The notes below the pieces were generated by a model that was given only the letters and a program-made list of their open reading frames with translations, ran no database searches and was not told the origin of the DNA. From the IMG/VR virus record IMGVR_UViG_3300017527_000515, positions 1 to 64,000 of that record: a DNA stretch of 64,000 nucleotides; one strand, 5' to 3'. A program made the position numbers and the translations under genes. Shown here piece by piece: positions 58,001-64,000 of the stretch (the first letter of the stretch is position 1; each line of letters starts with the position of its first letter). This DNA comes from a virus.

Positions 58001-60712
58001 GTCGTCCTTGAAATGAGCCATGAATTGTACAGAGCCTCTAGATATACCATTTACCTCTAATGACCCTCCGCCGCCGAATATATTATACGGAGTACCCACA
58101 AGAACATTAGTTTCATTTTTACCACCCCCGTATTTTATTACACCTTCGCCAGGATTATTGGTTAATTGTATGTAACCATAATCCAAGACTAGATCCCATT
58201 GGGAATTTCTAAACGTCATCTTGTGCTCTTCATCTACAGGTTGTAATACCGCCATAGCAGCGCCTATGTAATTATCGTCTTCTATAATAGATTCTAACTC
58301 TACCTCATCTGGTAAGCCGCCGGGTGGGTAATCCTCGCCGCCGATATAAACTAACTTGGCATTTATTATTTCCCAGTCATACACATAATTTATGTTTTTG
58401 TCTTCTAATTCTATAAGAATCTTATTTGATTGGCCTATCCCGCCCCAAAACTCACAGGATACATCTGTCTCTTCTACTTGCTCGTATGCGTAATCGAAAT
58501 ACCTTTCGCCAGTCCATAGGTTATCCAAGCTGAATGTTGATACTATTTCTGTGTCTTCGCCAAACCTAGCTCCGCCCATTGATACTATACTTGCAGTGGC
58601 TGTGGCGCCAGGCTCTATAGCTGTAGGAACTTTATTCTCCCAGCCAGTATCATTATCCTCATATAAATGTGTGTACTCTGTCTGTTTTACTACTCCGCCG
58701 TACCAAATACTATTCACTTCTCTCCATCTATATTCCCACGTACCATCTCCTAGATCTACACATACTAGTAATAGGTTAGGATTGCTAGAATAATCTAGTC
58801 TTACTTCTGATGTCATAAAAAATCCAAACTCATCATCAGACGCCGATCTCGCTATATACCCCGGCGCTTCAGCAAATCCTCTAGATACAGTCTCCCTTAA
58901 AAAATTATATACATCTTCTTTTATTATTTTTGCTGGCCGCCCGAATATGTTATCATCTTTAATAGCATATACTCCGGTGAAATAACCCAACATACTTGAT
59001 ATTGGAATTCTGTTAGTGTTTATAACATAAACTTGTTTATTGGTATACGTTTGCCCTATTGTTTTTATACGATCTCCTTTAATATTATTAGATCGTTTTG
59101 TGTATCCTGGGTCCCCAGCATCTCTACAAATCTCAGAATTAAAATAATTATTATCATATGGCGGATACACTACCGTAAGAGGAGCAAAATCAGGGAAAGT
59201 ATGTTCTCTCACTAGATTTGGATAGTGTCTTTGTCCCCCCTCTGTACTAGTTCCTATCTGTGCATGGTGGTACTCAACATCTTCTGCCTCAATATAGGCT
59301 TTGGTAAATTCCCTCATATGTAAAGGAGATGGCTGGCACAACCATAGTTTTTTACCTACCATCTTACTGTCAGTAACTCCACTTTCGCCGGTATCATCCT
59401 CTATCTTTTTCCAATTAGTAAATGTATATATAGCAGGTGTATGTGGGTCATCAAAGTTGGGTTTGATATTATAGAAAGTATCGTATTCATCTTGACTGTC
59501 CCATGTAGATGCCCAGAATCTAAGCTCCAACACCTGGTTAGCTGTAATAGGCATACCAGCTTGTGTTCTAGTAGACGTAACATATATCCATTCACCAGTA
59601 TAGCATGGGCATTCTGGTCGGGCGCCATTACATACTGGTCCGCCACCCTTAGCCCATACACCGTCTAATGCTAATTGTGCTCCTGTGTGGTCTTCCCACG
59701 CGCCGCCTTCTTGTGAAAGGTCCTCTAATACTCGAGTATTAAACGGTACAGCATCTGAGTGTGGGCACTTACAGAACTCTACTCTACCCCCATCATCAAA
59801 TATATCTGGATCGCCTTCCAAGTATATGGTAGCACCGTATTCGTCTATGTGATATTCCCGGCCGGTATCTTCATCCCACCATTGGCATTTTTGAAATCTT
59901 GCGCGGTCGTTGAATAACTTATAGTTTAGTGGTAATCTATATCTATCATCATAACCGTCGTCATTCTCCCATGCTTGGGCTCGTTCCCAACCTTGCTTAG
60001 TGATAGTGATGTTATCAGGTTCTACATCTCCTGGAGATTTGCCAGCGGGGGATATAATACCAAACCCCATCTGATATGGTCTGTATAAATTACATACTAC
60101 AGGAAGTTCCGATAGACGGTCCTCAGCATCCTCACTCTCCGATATTATACTACAACCCTGTTCTCCTCTACCCCAACCATGACAATCACATTTACCGACA
60201 CCGTCGCCCTCTGAATCATTATAGCCCCAAACATCATCGCGTTTTATGGATTTGAATATAGCATCTTTATCACCACCCAGAGATTTTTCTCCTAATCCAG
60301 TAACATATGGGTTAGGTGCGGTACAAATCCATTCCTCTGGATCATGTTCAGCGCCGGGCTCGTACGCACTACACCAACTACGTCTACCTAAGAAGTCACA
60401 TTGGCCAAAATTGAACCCAGATGGTATCTCTGGTTTAGGGTCGTTTGGATTATCTGATGTGTTGTCGGTCTCATAACTACAACTATAGCCTGCACCCTCG
60501 CCCTCGCCTTTCTTAAACCATGCGCACACTGGAGGCATGCCTTTTAGAAAGTACTGACAGGTTCTCCAAGCCCTTGCTCCTTCGCCCGTGGATGCTCTCA
60601 GACCAGTAGAAACATCTGTATAGTTCCAATCAGAGTAAGGAGTTACGTCATCCCAACAATATTCCCATTGGGTTCCGTCCTCAAATTTTACTGATATGCA
60701 ATCTCCTGCCAT
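55058..60712 (-). CDS. Giant acidic, Cys-rich protein (1884 aa), probably structural
   Basis: Uninterrupted ORF with dense Cys clusters in the N-terminal ~380 aa and near aa 930-1080, plus D/E-rich linkers. No family recognised. Confidence 0.7.
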   Translation of the reverse strand: MAGDCISVKFEDGTQWEYCWDDVTPYSDWNYTDVSTGLRASTGEGARAWRTCQYFLKGMPPVCAWFKKGEGEGAGYSCSYETDNTSDNPNDPKPEIPSGFNFGQCDFLGRRSWCSAYEPGAEHDPEEWICTAPNPYVTGLGEKSLGGDKDAIFKSIKRDDVWGYNDSEGDGVGKCDCHGWGRGEQGCSIISESEDAEDRLSELPVVCNLYRPYQMGFGIISPAGKSPGDVEPDNITITKQGWERAQAWENDDGYDDRYRLPLNYKLFNDRARFQKCQWWDEDTGREYHIDEYGATIYLEGDPDIFDDGGRVEFCKCPHSDAVPFNTRVLEDLSQEGGAWEDHTGAQLALDGVWAKGGGPVCNGARPECPCYTGEWIYVTSTRTQAGMPITANQVLELRFWASTWDSQDEYDTFYNIKPNFDDPHTPAIYTFTNWKKIEDDTGESGVTDSKMVGKKLWLCQPSPLHMREFTKAYIEAEDVEYHHAQIGTSTEGGQRHYPNLVREHTFPDFAPLTVVYPPYDNNYFNSEICRDAGDPGYTKRSNNIKGDRIKTIGQTYTNKQVYVINTNRIPISSMLGYFTGVYAIKDDNIFGRPAKIIKEDVYNFLRETVSRGFAEAPGYIARSASDDEFGFFMTSEVRLDYSSNPNLLLVCVDLGDGTWEYRWREVNSIWYGGVVKQTEYTHLYEDNDTGWENKVPTAIEPGATATASIVSMGGARFGEDTEIVSTFSLDNLWTGERYFDYAYEQVEETDVSCEFWGGIGQSNKILIELEDKNINYVYDWEIINAKLVYIGGEDYPPGGLPDEVELESIIEDDNYIGAAMAVLQPVDEEHKMTFRNSQWDLVLDYGYIQLTNNPGEGVIKYGGGKNETNVLVGTPYNIFGGGGSLEVNGISRGSVQFMAHFKDDNGRTINSFATKMVTQIVKEGCRGVDIFYRYSAEGRQYALQPRSGFCIDIKQDAPLSAPYKHVEVPNCGDHLHSWQKWEGPMWFPYNVCRGYDMYDEFTVCNNCQAGYVGPDSGGNVNPLTGEKEFVGGGTVLKRWDYRYCGPYKYDAFGDVRGNWASSCDCGCDFWYSDAEASSVIFAGRVFKRGPVDLGEYAENGWYPPPFGNEGREYVEKYLSEDYITHIIPFVVNGILQKADWMPLMLDHSSFYSGFNSYDDAYEDKYVGISPDQGFEPFRYFHQMTMATCAAVNEERKPVEPTEEEVEDDPEALGGRYRWDELFEVHHEGNSSYPLPTYPIGTIATKAVFYYLKKQKAAWAWQEDWLEIERNASNELPVTEPGEDEDADTDTTTAVGFLDFVDLKKAPYIWDYYKNEHRTILDEGDYKIVYTAPKFEEGFLSVYPTLSIGGAHPRAFEVLYGENEYVASQPVDWNDEGGGADTDAGQGEDNIYEKAYGSDWIHEDNMLFDSSASFTIEDADAAERKGIIGKTPDTGINLGYIYGYYNRGLIAEMTRDRLYYLPKEETIEEMDLGNTASETAGDMNIPGSFVWDSGSVVIDYTPVSVAPLSRVVVRGIWGDIQGLNDSDPPRPTIHTVVRPGIRVSCNFNDGSTGSPKGLSSAAGSPEYPASGQEEYIIYMDFLVGPYEMANKIANSVQVTLNNYAGSFISVDSVELYFARYVDIKYENIKTYERKYIASQLSDIGGQGINLDGPGDHLKHEDNLLNMGQYFSLRSPRFADKEVVAMDKTKVIVTGISHPDDERIVGVTYDNLHETEAKEQRDLYEYAYNLDPSSDTINYAPVAPYKCEAFLNTIGESFPSANLVINSEKLPFERHWRYKDFKQYDFWRPGGHYYTWSSNFRREKCMLFGGPENVFSGRYIHVDHAGIGTPLERDASKPIDPGNSYYSLRFYTQQAKYDRAMILAGGDPEYTDKWGLGGGTFAGTAV

Positions 60713-61026
60713 TAGAGTTTTTTAACCTCCATAGTCATTTTACCTGTGAATTCATTAACTGTGTACCAAATCTTCACTGGCTTATCATCAACGGTATCGT
60801 AATAACCTATAGACCTTGATTCTATACGAAAACTTTCCGGTACTCCAGGTACAGCAGAACCACGTTTTTTCTGATCGTAGGCCATTTTATTATCTAACGT
60901 CCACTGTCTCCCTTCGAAGTGAAGAGTCACTCTGACTATATTTATCTTTGGTATCTTCTTCCAGCCCATTTGGGTTTCTCTGATTATGGTGCCGTCAGAG
61001 TATTCTACTTCCCAACCTCGTCTCAT
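60712..61026 (-). CDS. Hypothetical protein
   Basis: Start moved to ATG 61026 (MRRGW) with an AGGAGG SD; its stop overlaps the start of the next gene. Confidence 0.7.
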   Translation of the reverse strand: MRRGWEVEYSDGTIIRETQMGWKKIPKINIVRVTLHFEGRQWTLDNKMAYDQKKRGSAVPGVPESFRIESRSIGYYDTVDDKPVKIWYTVNEFTGKMTMEVKKL

Positions 61027-61042
61027 ATTGCCTCCTATAAAC

Positions 61043-61085
61043 AAAAATAGGGAACAGATATAGCACTACGCCATCTCTGTTCCCT
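61043..61085 (-). terminator. Rho-independent terminator
   Basis: Perfect 10-bp arms AGGGAACAGA / TCTGTTCCCT (61049-58, 61076-85), extendable by AUGGC/GCUAU, followed by AUUUUU on the minus strand. Confidence 0.8.
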
Positions 61086-61119
61086 TCCTTAACTTTAGAA
61101 TAGAATTATACAGCGGCAT
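61066..61119 (-). CDS. Possible 17-aa leader peptide MPLYNSILKLRKGTEMA
   Basis: SD AAGGGAGG 7 nt before the ATG; the TAG falls in the terminator loop. Confidence 0.3.
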   Translation of the reverse strand: MPLYNSILKLRKGTEMA

Positions 61120-61162
61120 GTAAATGCCTCCCTTTTCCTAAAAAATTCTTAACCTGTCCTAA

Positions 61163-62728
61163 TTACGCGTAGTCGAAATAGATACGGTAATTAATAGTGC
61201 TATTCGCGCCTACTTCTGATGCTCCAAGTTTTATATTGAGCCATACAGGATCAGCTACCATACCTCCTGCGGTGCTAGTTCCTAAGGCTTCACTAGAGTC
61301 TGCGTCTGCTACAACAGCGAGACCTTCTTTGGTTGCATATAAATAGCTAGGTGGTACATCACTGCTTATATCAGCAGCGGTTACATTGGTTCTCCATTCA
61401 TACCCGTCCATGGGGGCAGTGCCAGCATTATTACCTGGACCTACGGTACCAAATCTAAAATAAGTATCATTGTTACCTTCTCCGTGGTGTTCGAAGTTTC
61501 CATGGTTTTGAAGACCAAATTTAACTGTGTCAATCTCCACAGCGCCTGCCATGATTTCAAACAAGACACTCCTAACCGGAGATTCTGTGGATACTGTAAC
61601 ATTACCATAGTTTAAGTTGGTTATATCATATGCTGATGGTTGCGGAGGAGTACAGATTAACATGAATTCATCACCGGCCGTTAAATCGGCACTCAAAGGT
61701 GCTGTAAATTTAACATACAAACCCCTACTACCTAGACGTGTCCAGCCAGTAGATGTAGTGTATGCAGTATCTGCGTCATCCCCCCTACTACTTCCCCATA
61801 TAAATTGAGCTGTTCCTATTGGCGCCGAAGTGTTCGAACCTTCTGCGAATTGAACTTGCTGGCAGGTAATATCCCAAGCAGGGTCACAGGTATTAAAGAT
61901 AGCATCGGTAAACTTAACCATCAGCCCCTTAGTCCCTACCTTGTACCAATAATTTGCATATAACAGTTCTATACCAGTAAGGTTGTCATCCACATTTCCA
62001 GTAGATTCCCAGGTAAGAACAGGTACATTACCAGTACCAGCACCCATAGTAGTACCGTTAGTAGTACTAATTGCTAAGGTGTATTGGATAGTAGTATTCC
62101 AGTTGTAATAACCTCCAGTTGTGATCGTTCCAGTGTAACTATTAGTTCCACCCTTAGAAGGTGTCCCTATACTTACCTCTTTATTAACAACTATGGTGTA
62201 TGTCTCATCAAAAAATCCATTGTATGTACCAGAAACGGAAACATAGTTATTCGTTTCTGCATTGGGTGAGCCAGTTGAGTTATTAACCGAACCACCTACT
62301 TCGGTTTTAGTTCCCCAACCTAACTCTAGATGTGCTGTATTAGTACCACTCCATACAGTCATACTAGCTGAGCTGCCGAGAGTTCCAGAATATAATTTAA
62401 ACTGGTTATCGTCCCAAACACACTGAGCTTGATCCCAGGCTGTAGTGGCCTGGCCTGCATTATGCATGGCTTCTGTAATATCTTTTGCAACAAATCTGGG
62501 GTCAAGGTCTACGCCGCTTGCCAGCGTAATACCAAGAGGGCTTGCCGGGCTTCCATCTATCTTAAGATAGAGTCTATTGTTTGTGGTACCTATATTAAAT
62601 GTGTCATCTACAGGAGCTGTAGCCAACGAATAGCCTCGGGTACCTCTTCCCCAATTGGTTCCTCCACCAGTGCCACCTACACCGGCCTCAGAAATGTCGT
62701 ATTGTACCCATCGAGTTACTGCACTCAT
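61163..62728 (-). CDS. Gly/Thr/Ser-rich putative major structural (tail/decoration) protein
   Basis: Beta-rich composition, internal LG..GL.VKFT repeat, strong AAGGAGG SD, followed by a terminator (suggests an abundantly expressed gene). Confidence 0.6.
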   Translation of the reverse strand: MSAVTRWVQYDISEAGVGGTGGGTNWGRGTRGYSLATAPVDDTFNIGTTNNRLYLKIDGSPASPLGITLASGVDLDPRFVAKDITEAMHNAGQATTAWDQAQCVWDDNQFKLYSGTLGSSASMTVWSGTNTAHLELGWGTKTEVGGSVNNSTGSPNAETNNYVSVSGTYNGFFDETYTIVVNKEVSIGTPSKGGTNSYTGTITTGGYYNWNTTIQYTLAISTTNGTTMGAGTGNVPVLTWESTGNVDDNLTGIELLYANYWYKVGTKGLMVKFTDAIFNTCDPAWDITCQQVQFAEGSNTSAPIGTAQFIWGSSRGDDADTAYTTSTGWTRLGSRGLYVKFTAPLSADLTAGDEFMLICTPPQPSAYDITNLNYGNVTVSTESPVRSVLFEIMAGAVEIDTVKFGLQNHGNFEHHGEGNNDTYFRFGTVGPGNNAGTAPMDGYEWRTNVTAADISSDVPPSYLYATKEGLAVVADADSSEALGTSTAGGMVADPVWLNIKLGASEVGANSTINYRIYFDYA

Positions 62729-62748
62729 AAAACTGTCCTCCTTAATTG

Positions 62749-63999
62749 TTATTCGGGCTCGTCTTCTATTCTAAATTCAAACGTGAATGGTTCCATCACG
62801 TTGCCTGCGAAATCTTTTGCCCTTACTTCTACTCTAAATACCTTGCCATAAAAATAAATGGTGTCCGTAGTAGGAGTGATAGATGCGCCTAAATTTTTCT
62901 CGCTCCAAGGCATGCCGACTATACTAGCGCCTAGACTTATGGACTCTTTAGGCGTCGATCTGAAAAAATAAGCGTCGGTGCCGGTATTAGGACAGCTAGC
63001 TAAATTTTCTGCGGTGCCCCTCACAACTACCTGACTTCCAAAGCCATAATCCTGTGTACGATTATCATACTCTACTATGTAACCAGAGGTTAAATAAAAA
63101 TCTCTCTCCAGGGCATCACCATTATCATTCTCTGTATGTACCGTAACTGTAGTAGCTCCGGTCAGGTCAGCGAAATCATTTGGAGAGTCAAAACACATTG
63201 TATACCCATCTGTTATCGGGGTATAGGTGTTGCCCGAAGTCACAGTCTCACCTATTATAAAATATGATCCTGAGGTTACTACATTATGGACATCATCAGT
63301 TAAATCTACACATATTGTTCCTGATGCGGAAGCATATTCTTCTATATCCAAAGAGAAATTAGAAATCTTTAGAGATAACAAATCTACATCGAAAGTCCAG
63401 CCATTAGTTCCAGACACTCCACTGATAGCTTCGTAATAATAATACCCTATTGTGCCTGATACAACCTCACCCTCAAAGGAGTAAGACACCAAGTCAACTG
63501 GGAAATCTATCCCTGAGAACGATGTGTGGCCACATACACCATCAAAATAATAAAACCCAGACGTTGTAGCGGTAGATTCTATATCTAAAGGTATATCTAT
63601 TACCGATCCTGATATTACTGTAGCTTCCCACTCCGCGGCCTGCCTATCCTTCTCTAATCCATTTAACATGTGAAATCTGTAAGTATATTTATCTGGATGA
63701 AACTCTACAGGATATCCAGCTAAAAATAATTCACAATCTTGTGATTGGGTACCTTCGTAATCCAATGCACCCATCGTAAAATAATGTGTGAAATTTTCTA
63801 TCCCAGAGTTTATAACTTGATCCTCTGGCGGGCCAGGAATTAACGGATCGTAATGCCCACCTGCTGTATAATGAGCTTCATAATCATCGTCTATCTCCTC
63901 ATCACCGAAGATCCAATAAGTTCCTAATATATTATCTGATGATGGATATAATTGGCCACCTGTGTATTTTATTCTGGCATCTAAGGCGCCAGATATCTT
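62749..63999 (-). CDS. Putative virion protein, 5'-truncated by the window; C-terminal Ig-like strands
   Basis: The frame of the 62749..63774 ORF stays open to the window end (manual check); C-terminal V.VRAKDFAGN motif; many SG dipeptides. Confidence 0.7.
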   Translation of the reverse strand, partial: KISGALDARIKYTGGQLYPSSDNILGTYWIFGDEEIDDDYEAHYTAGGHYDPLIPGPPEDQVINSGIENFTHYFTMGALDYEGTQSQDCELFLAGYPVEFHPDKYTYRFHMLNGLEKDRQAAEWEATVISGSVIDIPLDIESTATTSGFYYFDGVCGHTSFSGIDFPVDLVSYSFEGEVVSGTIGYYYYEAISGVSGTNGWTFDVDLLSLKISNFSLDIEEYASASGTICVDLTDDVHNVVTSGSYFIIGETVTSGNTYTPITDGYTMCFDSPNDFADLTGATTVTVHTENDNGDALERDFYLTSGYIVEYDNRTQDYGFGSQVVVRGTAENLASCPNTGTDAYFFRSTPKESISLGASIVGMPWSEKNLGASITPTTDTIYFYGKVFRVEVRAKDFAGNVMEPFTFEFRIEDEPE

Positions 64000-64000
64000 A

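Noticed and set aside
61100-61135. TATAAT on the minus strand as a promoter
   Set aside because: No -35 or correctly spaced extended TG, and it would fire directly into the terminator.
61163-62728. Specific call as tail sheath, tail tube or major capsid protein
   Set aside because: No diagnostic motif recognised; left as a generic structural protein.
67-63436. All plus-strand ORFs and the short nested minus-strand ORFs in the track
   Set aside because: They lie inside longer motif-bearing minus-strand genes and show no recognisable motifs; they are antisense or alternate-frame shadows.
1-64000. Stop-codon reassignment, as in some large phages
   Set aside because: The standard code gives near-complete tiling with intact multi-kb ORFs, and TAA, TAG and TGA all end genes next to the following start.

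Overview
Gene-dense fragment of what is most likely a large (jumbo-type) dsDNA bacteriophage of a bacterial host. Every credible gene lies on the minus strand, and the standard code tiles the window with Shine-Dalgarno-led starts. In transcription order (right to left) there are three blocks. (1) About 41 kb (22.8-64 kb) of large, presumably virion-associated proteins built from DUF2341-, LamG/concanavalin-, F5/8 discoidin-, C1q-like, beta-helix and beta-propeller modules. (2) Two tandem sigma70-type promoters at 22.66-22.75 kb leading a replication/recombination block: beta-clamp, RecA, DnaB, primase, SSB, DnaJ, three PD-(D/E)XK nucleases and a ThyX-like gene. (3) A glycan biosynthesis/modification cluster of at least 12 kb running off the left edge: 7 glycosyltransferases, 2 sulfotransferases, 2 acetyltransferases, an FkbM methyltransferase, a Gfo/Idh/MocA oxidoreductase, an Asn-synthetase-like protein and a nucleotide-sugar dehydrogenase-like protein. 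No capsid, portal, terminase, polymerase, tRNA, rRNA or CRISPR array was recognised. The most interesting candidate systems are: (a) strong [T/S/V]-x-S-G enrichment in the structural proteins, a possible sequon for a phage-encoded sulfated glycan coat; (b) three consecutive gene pairs in which a shared C-terminal 'socket' domain is always followed by a gene starting with a Y/W-x-P...F peptide; (c) repeated nested domain insertion; (d) a possible leader-peptide attenuator at 61.04-61.13 kb. All annotations come from motif recognition by eye; no searches were run.
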